From NCBI GenBank assembly GCA_019828565.1, contig JAHDYR010000069.1, positions 502,799 through 566,798 of the forward strand: a DNA stretch of 64,000 bases, written 5' to 3'. The notes beneath the pieces were generated by a model. That model ran no database searches and had not been told where the DNA came from. It was given only the letters and a program-made list of their open reading frames with translations. This document shows, one piece after another, positions 1 through 13,100 of this stretch (position 1 is the stretch's first letter; each line of letters begins with the position of its first letter). Origin of the DNA: Carpediemonas membranifera BICM. Its lineage: Eukaryota > Protista > Fornicata. The position numbers and the translations under genes are program-made.

Positions 1-106
1 ATCCCACGGCAGCAAATTCGCTGCAGTAGATTGACTGTCGTCCCCGCTGGGGAAGGTGGGGAAGGTGTGGAGACGTTTCTATTACGCGTTTATTGGGCAA
101 TGTGGG

Positions 107-1668
107 TCAAACAACAATTTCTGCTGGTATTGGTTTCTCATACAACGGCATCCATGGAAGAGTTGGTGTCCACCGCAGAATATTGTTGTACGCGTACCAC
201 CGTTTGTTGAGTGGGTTGAACAGCCAGTAAGTGCTGGGGGACTTATCCATCAGTGTCACTGCATATTTTGATGCCTCAAAGCGCGCAATAGCAGGAAACC
301 CATGCGATTGTCTCGAAACCACAGTTTGTCTGCTCCCGCCGTCTACTCGCACATAGATAAGGACGTTGTTGGGCAATAGCACAAACTTGGAAAGTGGGTA
401 CAACCTATACACCTCATGTTCGCTGCAAGGAATCGGGTTTGGGTCCAAAAATAGAGATCGGACAATGTTGGGGATGAGTCGGGATCTACCGATGAGATAG
501 CAATCATTGCCAGATCTAACGATCATAAACCTAGACTGTGCAACAAAGATGATTGCGTCGATCCAGACAGGTGTCCTCCTGAACCCCGGATGGGCGACAT
601 CCGTCATGTCATCAGCGGGAATATGACCAGTGGTATTACCGGTGAAGAACTGGGCTGGGACTATATTCTTTGTCTTGGATGCCCGGACCGTTCCGGACAA
701 GATAACAAGTCCAGGCACGGCCCTGATCCCTCCAAGATTGACGGGAAGTTTCACCTTAGCAAACGAAGAGAATCGGTGAGTGAGGGCCACATCGTGTCCA
801 AACCAAGCCATCATATTAACGCCATACTCCTGAGAAGGCGCTGTAACGAGCACCCCGTGCATTGTGTGCAACATGATGTAAGTGTTGCAGTGGCAGTCAA
901 GAACAAATCGATGCCTGCACCACAGATGCATCTTGGCAAGCTTCTCAGCTATGGCTGCGGGGAAAAACCGCCTGATGGACAGATGTAACACGAGCGAACC
1001 ACAAGTTGCCAATGTAGAACGCCTTGCTGGTTGAGAAGAAGAAACACTTGCCATCAGACCAGAACCGCATGATCCGGTGACGGAATGAACGATGATTGTC
1101 GTGGAAGACAAACCCACAATAATGCACGAGCTCTGATGCATCATAGCTCTTGATGACAGTCCGATCTCTCTTAGCAACACTATGTGAAAACATGAACTTC
1201 CTGCACATGAACCAGAGAGCGCTCGAGTCACCATCGGTCACCGTCCTCAGTATGGCCCACAACGTCCCTTGTATAAGCGTGTGAAGACGGTCGGGCAGCG
1301 ATTCGCCTTCGCGAAGCTGAACATCCATGCTTAGCTGTGGATGGCTTCGCAGTTTGATGACGCGAGAGAGAATCCGGGCAACCTGCGATGCCTGATCCGA
1401 ATTCTCAAGCTCTTGCGCGTGAAGACAAGCAAGCTGAAGCATGTCATCAAACGTCTCCAGGTCTTGAAAGATGTGATAGAAATGCGAACGCGCAGGGGAA
1501 CATAAAGAAGACCCTTGTGGCTTGTTCTAAATAGCCCGGCAGGTTGTTGGGCAAAGTTTTGCACAGGACACAAGAGTTCCAGTAAAGGTCACAAACACTG
1601 AGCGACAATTGTCTGTGATTAGAATCAGTCATGTTCCCCCTATAGCTGTTCTTAAACTGCACTGCCAA
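107..1668 (-). pseudogene. Hypothetical protein broken over three frames (1447-1668, 945-1442, 107-~960); probable cargo of the left DNA element
   Basis: Consecutive or overlapping minus-strand ORFs divergent from the transposase-like gene; lower GC than host genes; no recognisable domain. Confidence 0.3.
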
Positions 1669-1759
1669 AAATGAGGTGGAGAAAATGGCATCGACATTTT
1701 TTTACGTAGGACCAATATAAACAGCGAAAAAAACGTAAAGGAAACAAAACTGGGAGGAC

Positions 1760-4329
1760 ATGCATATCTCCACACAAGCTACTTTGGTCATCTGGAGAAT
1801 GACACCTTACGGTAACATTCTAGCACCATCAAGCGTTTCCGCCGTCAATGTCATTCTAGCAAACGTTTACACCTCGATCCAAGGACACCACGCTAATGGC
1901 ATGGATCGACGGTTCCGTCAATGCGATAAGGATTCGCGTTCGTTGTTCAAGGCTGTCTTGCTATCTCTAACTGATGGTGATATTGACAAGAGCATTCTTG
2001 ATCCTGTCTTTGTTTCCTTGCTTGATGGTAATACGGATCGTTTTCGACGTAACATATGTGCTACTGTCAGAGAGTACACACCAACATGGTCCCATGCCTT
2101 CTCACCTGCGTCGGACGAGAGAGATAGCTTGTGCGAGGACAACCACCTGCTACTCGAGAAGATTGAGAACACCGAGCATGCATTTCAGTTCGCAATGGCG
2201 CTCAAGCGGATCACTGAAGGTGTCAATGTCGTTGATGATGAGGTTACTGTCTTTAACGCGATCGCCAAAAGGCTGGGTATCCAGACCATGAAGTTTGATG
2301 TCTCACATTATGCTCTCAAAGACCTTGGGTGTGATATTAGGAACGTGTTCGGAGTGAAAGAAGCCATGAAAGATCACGAGGCAGATTTTTTTCGAGAGTC
2401 TTGTACCAGACGAGATACACTGTTCGCACAACACGTTTCGTTATGATCAAAACAACCAGAAGTTCCCTCTCGAACATACGACACGTTTCCCAATTGCAGC
2501 TGACGCAATAGGCTCCTTGCCGGTTCCGGTCAACAACTACTTACATGATGGAACGCACATTACTATCTTCTTCAACAGCGAAGATGAACGAGATCAATGT
2601 GTCTCCATGCTTTCCCACCTCAACCCCACCAAGTTGAAAAGCGATCGGTGGGCCTTTGTCAAGTCGGTTAAGTATAACATTTCCAGCCGTATTGCACGAG
2701 GCATTCAGTCACCACAGTATCTCGAGACAGCCAGAGATATTTGGTATGATACAACGACACATGTTAGCAGAGAAGCGCGTGTTGAAGCTAGCTACATTCC
2801 AGTTGACATTCTCATCTGGTTTGATGCATGGCGAGGGACTACGACCGCTGTCAAATTCAGGCTGATTGACATGACAGGAGAGGTCTTTCCGCAGAGAGTG
2901 ACATCACCATTCAGACTGCTTGAGTACCAGGGAAAGGAGGATCTTTTGCCAACATACTTTGAGTATATTCAGTCTAACGTGGAAGAGGCAATCCAGAAGT
3001 CATTCCAAGTGCGAGAAACTGGAAGGTGGGCAAGAATCAACAGAGTATTGCTGATTGGTGACCACCCTGCCATGTCGACAGTTGTGGGCTCGCTGCAAGG
3101 AGGGCATTATCCATCGCCTTTCCAATCGAATAGTAAGCGAAACATGGGTTGGATGCCGTTTGGCGCCACGTTCCGGACCACACTTCAGCACGTCCTCCAA
3201 GCCAAAGAAGGTAGTATTGCTGAATCTACATCGGGTATTCCAGATCCTGCCGCGCACTGGGGCAGCTTTCTCCTGGCGACTGACCGAAGGCGTTCGTTGG
3301 AATACAGAAGAAGAAGGTTACGTCAAACTCTCTTTGAGGGATCGTCGATTGCTCCTGACAGTGTGTTTCTTATCCCCCAATCATGCACTGTTGCCATCAT
3401 TTCATGGGTCAGGTGGCCCTAATGGCGGGAATGTTCAAACCGCGGAATGACGGCTCACGAGAAGAGAACGCTCAGTGGGGACGTTATCTGCAATCTATCC
3501 AAGATTTCAAACCGCCAGATCGTACAACTGGGTGTAATGAGCATATGTTAGGCCGCAGGTTGATGGCCAACATGGCAACGACGTACTATCATGCGTTTCC
3601 TGTCTCTGTTCAGTCCATCTTCAGACTAATGGGATATCTTTTCTCCCATTATTACTCAACTGCGACAGTGACGGAAGATATCGTGTGGTGGCATCGAGTT
3701 GCTGCACTGTTGGTCCACTTACTCCATGTAAGCCTCTCCTTGGTCACTGATAAGCCCATCCCGGTTCCCACACCATCCGAGGCAAAAATCAATGCGGCCA
3801 TTCACTCAGACGCTATATAGCAATGCAATTGTCGCAACCATTCCCGAGATACAAGCCGCAACAATGCTTCCTTTTGGTGTCATCATTGAGGAGTACTTCG
3901 AGAGAGACTTCATTGGCAACCAGGATGCTCGTGTACATTTGAGGAGGAACACAGTTCTGCAGCAAGTTATTCTGAGAGAACAAGCGGAGATGTTCTATCG
4001 GTTCCTGCGCGGTCCTGTATCTTATGGTCGACGTGAGGGCCACGTACCACTTCTTTCCCCTCTGATCAGCCTCCGAGTACACAAATGTTGCAAAAGATCA
4101 CGCTCAATGGATTCGTATTCAACAGGATATGACAGAAACGTTGCCAAAGTCTGATGTCAACGATCTGAATAGAAAATTCGAGCAGAACGTCGCTCATTTG
4201 TGGGAAAGCATGCTGAGACGAGCGCGAAAGTCATGGAACAATGAAGACTGGCTGTTTATCAAGGTTCGGGATGATCGTGAGAACGGTGTTCGTCTTGACG
4301 TGTGTCTATGCAGAGAAGGCTGTCCATAA
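1760..4329 (+). pseudogene. Putative DDE (RNase H-fold) transposase, Transib/Chapaev/CMC-like, split by frameshifts
   Basis: Motifs in expected order across ORFs 2517-3422, 3383-3820 and 3792-4154: ILIWFDAWRG (D1), LLIGDHPAMSTVVG (D2), MHCCHHF (His motif), LPFGVIIEEYFER (E). Recognised by eye only. Confidence 0.45.
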
Positions 4330-4923
4330 ATCGTAGTTGTATTTAGCGGGGGAGACAATAATCAACCACACGCCCGACCAAGCAGGAAAGTGACGCCCCT
4401 GGGATTGACGGGGGAAACCCCGCATATTCCGGCAGCAAAACTTCGCTGAAACGGAACCACATAATTACTTGACTGATTTTTGGATCTTAGAGAAGACTTG
4501 ACGCGCATAAACTCAGGTTGATCGTCAAGATCTCCGAAAGGAACGCAACTGCTGCCTAAATCACCTTTTTATCATTATTAGTCGGTTCAGCTTTTTTTCT
4601 CGCAAGTCCGTCATCATTTCGTGACATAATCCGCGGGATCCGTAGCGAACGATGACTCCTCGGAAAAAAACACATAGTTGTGCTCTACACTTGACCTACA
4701 TTCCAAATATTCACTTTGTTCTTTCCAACGGCTCAGTTTTGTCATGCGTTGACCGACCAAGAATGTGAGCGTACACTGACACTATTGGTTGCATGATGTG
4801 AAACATCGTGTATTGCGTACATGAACAAAGTTTTAAGCTGTTATGACTCGTATTCGTTGAGATATGGCTGTTTGTTCATACGCCTAAAAATGCACACATG
4901 GTCAAATCTGTCGAAACAAAAAA

Positions 4924-5059
4924 AGAATTGGGAATATCTCGGGAATGACACGTTGCCGTTTTTCAAAAAATCGGGCAAGCCCAACGAATGATAGTATGGG
5001 ATCGCCTGCATCATTTGCAAAAAACGGCAACGTGTCAATCTCTAGATATCGCCAATTCT
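4924..5059. repeat. Imperfect inverted repeat with a perfect 18-bp core
   Basis: TGACACGTTGCCGTTTTT (4946-4963) / AAAAACGGCAACGTGTCA (5020-5037); outer arms AGAATTGGGAATATCT / AGATATCGCCAATTCT. Confidence 0.8.
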
Positions 5060-5202
5060 GCATAAAAACTTTTTTTTGCAAGGCATAGAACTCTACACTG
5101 TGAGCACTAGTGTATTAGTGCTTGCAGAAGCGGTTACTTGAGTCGATGAAGTATACGCACATGACATAATTAATTAAAACAGTTTAATATTGAGTGAGCC
5201 AC

Positions 5203-5284
5203 CAGGAATTTCCCTTATCCAATCAGGGAATTTCCTCGGGGGAAAGCCCGAGGAAATTCCCCTACCCAATAAGGGAAATTCCTG
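5203..5284. repeat. 82-bp two-stem hairpin
   Basis: CAGGAATTTCCCTTAT / ATAAGGGAAATTCCTG (16 bp) enclosing GGGAATTTCCTCGGG / CCCGAGGAAATTCCC (15 bp). Confidence 0.85.
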
Positions 5285-8200
5285 CACCCTGGACAGTATG
5301 TGAGTTTGCGTAGAGCGCGCACGGCCGTGCCATTCGCTCGCTCAACTATACCCGAGCTCTGTGGATGGTAGGCTGTAGCAATGTGGTGCTTGAGGGTCAA
5401 TTCACTCGTAAGCTTCTCCATAAGCTTGTTGCGGTACTGGGATCCTCCATCGGTGTGGATCTCCTGAGGAATGCCGAAGCGGCCAGCGAATGCGAGTAGG
5501 GCCTGTGCGGCTGAGTCTGCCGACGTGTCCCGGACTGGAACTAGGTCGACGTACTTGGTAAAGGAGTCAATGATGGTGATGATATATCGATTGCCCCGAG
5601 TGGATTCGGGCAGGGGGCCCGATCGTGTCCAGCTGGACTGTCTCGAACGGCTCTACCCTCTGCGTGCTATGCCACGCGGTCTGGCGCGCTTGGATCTGTC
5701 GAGTCTTCAGACATGCCGGACAGGTCCGAACGAAGGCGTCGATGTAGGGGTCAATGGTCTCGCGTTGAGCTGGCGTTGCCAGCCTGCGGATGATTCTGGC
5801 TGATGGGTGGCCGGCGGATCCTCCATGAAGGGTCCGGAGGATGGCGCGGGCGTCTTCTGGTATGTCGTCAGTGGTCAGGAAGCAGCAGCGACTAAGAGCG
5901 TCTGCTACAGCGTTGTCCTCCCCCTGCCACATGTGATATCTCCGCGGGGAACTGCTGGAGGGTGATCCTCCAGCGCATTACCTTCGGTGAGCAGTCCGAG
6001 CGCTTCATGAGGTAGACGATATTGCGATGGTCCGTGTGGACGTGTAGGTCCGTGGCCATGGTGAACAGGGGCTGCATGTCTGATCTGGTGAGTGCACTAA
6101 GGATACCATACAGTTCCTTATCATAGGTGCACCAGCGGCGTTGCACATCAGTTAGTCTCTTGGAGAATAACGTGACGGGCTGATGTTGGCCGTCCGCAGC
6201 GATCTGGTATAGAATACCGCCGACCGCGTTGTCGGACGCGTCTGTATAGAGATGCCAGGGTAGACCCGGGTCCGGCTGGGTGAGGGTGATGGCCTCCGCT
6301 GTGGCCTCCTTGAGGCTCTGGAGGGCCTGTTCTTGTGGATCACCCCACTCCTCGGCCTTGATTGCGTCATAGAGCGGGCCAAGAAGCTCCTGTGCGCGCG
6401 GAAGGTGCTCAGCGATGTAATTGAACATGCCAGCGATGCGTCGCATGTCCTTGACAGAGGTGGGAGATGTGATGTCGTTGAGGGCCTTGGCTCTCTCGGG
6501 GTCCACGCTGCGACCTTGCTCCGAGATGTCGAAGCCGACGACCTTGACCTTACGGGAGGCGAACTTGCACTTCGCGAGGTTAAGTCTCAAGTCATGGCGA
6601 TCGAGTAGCACTAAGGTGTGCTCTAGCGTCTGGAGGAATTCCTCCTGTGTCTTTGCGTGGATGAGGATGTCATCAATGTAGACCATAACACCCTTGTGAA
6701 GCACGGGTGCGAGGACTCCTTGCATGACTCTTTGGAAGTGAGACGGCGCATTTGCTAGGCCGAATGGCACCCGCACGAACTCGTCATACGCGTCTGGGGT
6801 GATCATAGCCGTCTTGCGGACGTCGTCCGGGTGGACTGGGACTTGATGATACCCGGACGTGAGGTCCAGCGCCGCGAAGAAGCGTGAGCCGGATGCTTCC
6901 CGTACAAACGACTTCAAGTCGGGGAGGGGGAAGTGGTCCTTGACTGTGATCCTATTGAGAGCTGTATAGTCAATACACAGTCTGATGGCGCCGGATGCCT
7001 TGTCTACGACGACAATGGGGAGGCAAACGGTCCCTGTGAGGCCCGTGTGATACCTGCCGATCGCAGGCGCTGCAGCTCTTCTCTGACTTGCTCACGGCGT
7101 CTGGGATTGAGGCGGCGGGGCTTGGCTTGCACGAGGTGCTGTTCGTCCACTAGCGGGATGCGCATGGCGGGCACCTTGGCTCCTCCGGGCGCCAGGCCGT
7201 CAAAAACGTGAGGGTGCTGCACCAATATCGCTGTGATCGGTTGCTTAAGCTCCTCGATCTCAATGTTGGGCTGTACGTCGTCGGCCAGCAGTAATTCTTC
7301 TGCTGGTCTGAAAGGAATATCGTCCCCTTCGTCTGCTGCGGTTTCTTTCACGAGCTTAACAAAAAGGCCATCGGAAGTGAGGGCATCCGAGGCTTCTCAG
7401 AATATCGCAGCCTATGAGGATCAGGGGGTTTTTCCCTGGTATGATGTCGAGGTTGGCAGTGAAGCGGGTCTCGTGGCCAGCTAGGGCCACTCGGAGGTCC
7501 GCGGAGGTCCGGCCATTAGCGGTGGCCACTGACTGGTCTGCCAGTAAATAATGCCGCGTAGGGCCCGTTGAATGGGGTAGGGCGAGATCCTTTGCTAGTC
7601 CCTCCGAAACTCCTGAACGTCTGGCGCATGAATCAATGTGGAACACGTACTCTTGGCCATTTATATGGCCCGTAGTCTTGAGCACGTCGTCCTCGGTGTC
7701 GATCTCGGCATCGTCAAGGATCATGGCCTCGAACGGGGTCTTGGCCTTGAGCTCAGATTTGGCTCTGAGGCCGCCGCCCGACTCCCTGGAGCGTGTCTTC
7801 TCTGAACGGGGACACTCGTTCCGCCAGTGATTGCCCTGGCAGATGGGGCAAGGGGTCTTCGGGGGCCTGTTGGTCGGATGGATGTCGTTCGGACGCGGCT
7901 TGGAGGTGGGAGCCGCTTCCTTGGCCTTGATGGGGAGGGCCTGCTTGGTGCTGGAGGATTCGTCAGTGTCGGGGTCGCTGTTAGCCTTGGTTCTGGCCTT
8001 CTTGGTGCGCACTAGATCGTAGCCGTAGCGCGTCATGTCCAGGCGAAGCTGGTCTTCAACCCGGGCGGCCTCGGTGATGAGTTTGTACACGTCCTCGAGC
8101 TTGGTTGGCTTTCGGAGGTCATACTCCGTGCGGACGACACGTTGGAAAGCGTCAGGTGCCAGATGGGAGAGGCACAGCTTGGTGGCTTTTTCGATGACGG

Positions 8201-8626
8201 TATCGTCGTCGCGGGAGAGGTTCTCCTCTTCGGAGAATGTGCCCTTTGTGTAGAGCTGGAAGATGTCCTGGAATGCGTTGATGTACTTGCGCACAAGGAC
8301 GGTGCGGGTGTTGAGGTCGGTGATAGTGGATTCACAGCGGACCTTGCTCAGCTCGGCGAGCCATTGGCGGGATGTTTGAGGGCCGACGAGCTTGTCGAGG
8401 TGCTTGAAGAGCTCCTCTTCGGTGATGGTTTCAGCGTTGAGGTCGAACTATCGCTGAATGAGATCCGACAAGGCGTCGGTGAGGAAAAGGGAGGCTTTCG
8501 CGTCAGGTGCGAACACCTTGAGGCGTTGGACTTGCCTCTTGAAGGAGCGGACGCTCTCGCGGTCGAGGTTAATAGCGTCGAGCTCTGGAATTGTCATTTG
8601 GGTTTTGGCAAACATGAGTCTGTACT

Positions 8627-8638
8627 AGAATCGATTCT
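8627..8638 (-). promoter_or_regulatory. Palindrome at the PBS position of K (AGAATCGATTCT)
   Basis: Perfect 12-bp palindrome starting at the terminal A of the LTR. Confidence 0.8.
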
Positions 8639-8730
8639 GTGGCGACAACAGTATTTACACATAACCTGCGAAGCAGGGGTGAGTGTGCCCGTAGTTATAA
8701 ATAGCAATAATAATAACTGAGGCACTGACA
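8638..8730 (-). repeat. 5' LTR of K (93 bp; partner not in window)
   Basis: TGTCAG…GCCACA termini on the minus strand, AT-rich TATA-like core, abuts the RNase H of element C. Confidence 0.75.
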
Positions 8731-10029
8731 GCTGTCCTCCTGCAGGAAGGCCGCCCTGTGTGCTATATGTCAAAAGCTTTCACAGATGTCCAGTCCAGGT
8801 GGAGTGTCGGCGAGAAGGAAGCTTTTGCGATCGTCTCAGCCCTTCAGAAGTGGAGGAAGTTCCTGTCCTGGGAGAGATTCGAGCTCCTTACCGACCATCG
8901 CAACCTTTTGTACATGTATAGATCCAGTAACGCTAAGGTACGTAGATGGGACCTGTTCGGCAATGCACACCTTTCCGGCCGCCTAACCATGGAACGTTTG
9001 CGAAAGCCGGCATTTCCGTTACACGCCGCGACGTCTACAAGTACGTCTCCGAGTGCCCTGTCTGTCAGGTCTTAGAGAGACCGCCTGTCGAGAAAACTGA
9101 CGGTCTGCACACGGCGGTGGACGTGCCGTTCCAGCGGGTGGCAATTGATACCTTAGGTCCGCTCCCGGAGCGTGATGGCTACAGATACGTGCAAGTCATG
9201 GTAGACATGTGCTCCAGGTGGACAGAGTTAACCCCTGTCAAGTCCACCACTGCACGCGATGCTGCCGATGCCTTCGTCAACACGTGGGTGCTGCGATATG
9301 GTTGCCCACGAGTGCTGCAGTATGACGGAGGCCCCGAGTTCAATAACGCTCTCATGAAGAAGCTCGCTCAGGGCATGGGGTTCGAGACTCACGTCACCAC
9401 TGCTCACCATCCTCAGTCCAACGGAATGGTCGAGCGAGCAAACCAGATGGTCGAGAAGGTGCTCAAGGCAAGGAAGTTCGAACTCAGAAACGGCGATTGG
9501 CGTCAGCATCTGCCGGTCGCGCAGTTTATCGTCAATTCCATGCCAAGACAACCAACTCGCCTTTCCCCCGCTGAGATACTGTTCGGGAGCAATATGTCCG
9601 TTCCCGATAAGTTATACGTTACCGAGAACAGCACTTCGGCGGCCCGTACATCGCACCTCCTCGCTGCCGAAGCCGCTACGCAATTAGCCAAGGCCCGTGT
9701 ACTGGCTATGCGCGAAGATGCATTAGCGAAGGCCTCCACAACTCGTGCGGAGATCCTAGCTCGGTTTGTACTAGTGAAGTATCCCTCGCGTCCCCCGGAC
9801 AAACTGTCACCGGGCTGGAGAGGGCCAATGCGCCGAGTATCGGCTGTCAAGCAAGGCGGAGTGGCTGTAGCCTACATGGTGAAGGACCTAGGACAGCTTA
9901 GTGCAGAGCCCATTAGAGTCGATGCTTCCCGTGTCCGAAAGTTTGTCCCTGGTACGTTATCAGAGGATCAGATCAAGCAGGTCGCGGCCGCCGGCGTCGA
10001 GGAATGGTACATCGACATGATATCAACGT
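8731..10029 (+). mobile_element. Gypsy element C fragment (RNase H, integrase, start of chromodomain); host for K and B
   Basis: EKEAFAIV…TDHRNL, CPVC, DTLGP, HPQSNGMVER, WRGP, EEWYIDMI; internal deletion near 8950. Confidence 0.85.
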
Positions 10030-10049
10030 TGTGGCCAAATAAAGAGAAC

Positions 10050-10124
10050 TGTGATGGGTTATCCTGCACAACCTGCAGTGCACTTTATGTAAACAATTCT
10101 CCGTTCCATCTCTAACATGTCACA
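10050..10124 (+). repeat. 5' LTR of A (75 bp)
   Basis: TGTGA…TCACA; direct repeat of 14257-14331. Confidence 0.95.
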
Positions 10125-13100
10125 ATATCGATATTCTGATGCTCACACTATCCAGAGCGTTTCAGACGCCAAGACGCTCCACGCTACTCACGAAAAGTGG
10201 GCCCGTGAGGTCCTAAACGTGAAGCATCCGCGCTCGTTCTTCAACTGCCTCACGGCCAAGAGCCTTGAACTCATTAAGGCTTCATGGCGCCATTCGGAAA
10301 CGTTCCCGACGTTCGAAGAGCTCACCAAATCCCTCATTAGCGACACCGAGGGAAGCAAACGCGATGCAGGGGAACCGGCATTCTCCCCGCGTTCCCACCT
10401 CATCTCGAAGCGCCTCCAGGCGATCAAGGCCCTTCTGGAGGATGACCTATTCCTCCTCTGCGCGGCCGCTGAGGCGCGGTACAAGGGCTCGAGCCTTACG
10501 AAGCCTGCGTTCCGCAGGGCCCAAGCCCTGTTCGACGACACTATGGAGGAGCTACAGGACACCGCATCCCTCCTCCGGGCCGATCCAGGCCAACCCATCT
10601 CCCTCCTGACCTACACCTGCCTGGTCAACCCGCTCGATGACGAGCCCTCGCGCAGCGCGGACTTCGTTAGTTCGGCGAACGAGGGTCTGCCCTCCTCGGT
10701 CCCTGTGGCAGACACCTCCAGCCTCCGCCAACGCCTCGCTGCTGAGGCCGAGACCGTTCTCCCTCACCTATACTTAGCCCTGATGCCTTCCACGGACAGG
10801 GGCACCCGGCTTGCTGCCCTTGCAAGCTCGTCGCACCCCACTTTATTCGGCCCCTCGGCGCAGCACAGGCTCGCGCTCAGCAAGGTCGAGAACCTCCTCA
10901 ACGCCTTCAACCCGGACGTCGACGCAACCAACTACGCACGCCTCCCCGAGAGCACCACGCGTGACATCGTTGCTGGTTTCGCCCTCGAAGGATACACCAG
11001 CGCCGCAAAGACACTGTACAAAGCCCTGGTCGAGACGGATGCTGACGGCCAGCGCGCACCACCGCCGAATGCATCGCAGCCCTCCGCGATCTCGCCGTGG
11101 ACCACGAGGACAACGTCGTGATACCCTGGCGCGCGTTCAAGGAGGCTTCGACACCTTCGAAGCCTCCCAAGAAGCCACGTCACGCTCGCGATGGCCGGCC
11201 CGACACTCCGCAGAAGCCCGAGACATCCGCCCGAGAGGACAGCCAGGACCGCAGCGACGCCAACGACCTCCCGGAGCCCCGGCTGCTCGATTCCGGCGAC
11301 CGCTACGCGCAGTTTAAGGACCGCAAGAAGTTCCGAATCCCCGAGCGGTTCTCCAACTTCTGCAAGCACCACGGCTACAACTCCACACACACGACAGAAA
11401 ACTGCATATACCTCCAGAAGAAGGCAGCTTCTGCCGATGAGGTTCACACCACCTCTGTTCCGATCAACACCACGGTGAACATCGATGGCACTCCTTGTAA
11501 CGGGAAACTCGATACGGGAGCCGATGCTTGCACCATCTCTGCAGCCAAGGCCGAAGAGCTTGCTCTTTCAACCGAAGACTCGAGCCTTGTGATCACATCT
11601 GCCGAGAACAAGACCATCTCCACTGGTAAGCGCGCTGTCGCCGCCATCACGCTCCCTAGCGTAGACGGACGCCCTGTTACGACCGTCTGGCCCCTCCACG
11701 TCATCAAGGGTGACAGTGGACGAGTCCTCGTTGGTAAGGACCTTCTTGCCCACCTTGGGTACATCGCCAATGACCGCCTGGTCATCATGCCCGCCTCAAT
11801 GGGCGATCCAGACGACCTTGAGGACCACCACATGTTGGACGCCGACCTGGTGGAGGTCGTGTCGACAGACGACGAGTACCTCTCCGTTACGGTGCCAGAC
11901 GATCACGGGCCCGAGTTCCAATCTCTGGTCCGTGCTATAGTGGCAGAACGACCTCGCCTGTTCAACGCGACGCTACACCCGGAAGGAAGCGACCTTACCT
12001 TACCTTGCCTTACTTAAGCGACCTGGAGCCGCATGTGATCGAACTCACGCCTTCGACGCCGATCAAGTGCAGGCCCCGCCCCCTTGTTGGGACCCCCGGC
12101 TCGGCTGCACAAGCCGAGATCGAGAAGATGCGCCGTCTAGGCATCATCCGGGACTCGAAATCCTCGTATGCGTCCCCCCACACCATGGCAACCAAGAAAA
12201 ATGGAGACCCCCGGTTCTGTGTAGCCTACAACGCACTGAACGACGTGACCGTTCCGGACGCATTTCCCCTCCCGGACCTTCGCGAGCTCCCACACGAGGC
12301 CAGCGGATGCTCTTATTTCGCGAGCCTTGACCTCCGCACCTCATACTGGCAACAATGGGTCGACCCCGCCTCGATCCCCCTGACCGCCTTCTCGGTCCCA
12401 GGTCACCACTATGAGTTTTTGCGCGTACCCTTTGGCCTCACTAACGCCCCCGCGAAGTTCCAAAGGGCCATGGAGTCGCTTTTGGAGGGCATCTCCGGTG
12501 TCAGAGTCTACATAGACGACATCTTCCTCTTCGCCCGCAGTCAAGACGACTTCCTTTCAACTCTCAGAACGACCCTCGAACGCCTCGACGACTGTAACCT
12601 GCGTCTTCGCGCGGACAAGTGCGTGATCGGCGCTAACCAGGTCGAAGTATGCGGGTTCGTGATCGACGCGCGTGGCCGCTCCATCGCCCAGTCCCGCGTG
12701 GACGCCATCCTTAACCTGCAGCCCCCGACGACCGTCACAGAACTCCGCCGGACCATGGGGAAGTTCAACCACATCCCCACTCTCGCCGCCGCAGCTGCCG
12801 AATCCACCGGCCCGCTGAACGACCTCCTGAAAGGGTCACCCAAGGGCAGCGACAAGCTTCCTTGGACTGAGCAGCATGACAGGGCCTTCGCCCGTATGAA
12901 GGAACTGTCCACCAGCCACGAGGCCCTGGCCCTCCCGGACCTCAACGCCACATGGACCCTCGAGACGGACGCCTCCACGATCGCCTTGGGCGGCGTCCTC
13001 TGGCAGCATAAGGACGGCACCAAACGTCATCTCGCCTTCTTCTCCAAAACATTCACGGACACCCAACGCCGATGGGCTACTGTCGAGCAGGAGCTGTACG

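Larger units (their letters stand above)
1..5298. mobile_element. Probable DNA transposon; right end near 5298, left end outside the window; interrupts the integrase of element K
   Basis: Transposase-like gene, AT-richer composition, subterminal inverted repeats, abrupt junction with the K integrase (…VRALRKLT|). Confidence 0.35.
5299..8730 (-). mobile_element. Ty3/Gypsy LTR retrotransposon K, 3'-interrupted within integrase
   Basis: 5' LTR 8638-8730, gag ATG at 8615, knuckle CPICQGNHWRNEC, protease IDSCA, RT LDLTSGYHQ/YIDD, RNase H TDAS, IN DTIGP…YHPQSSGIVER; several frameshifts. Confidence 0.9.
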
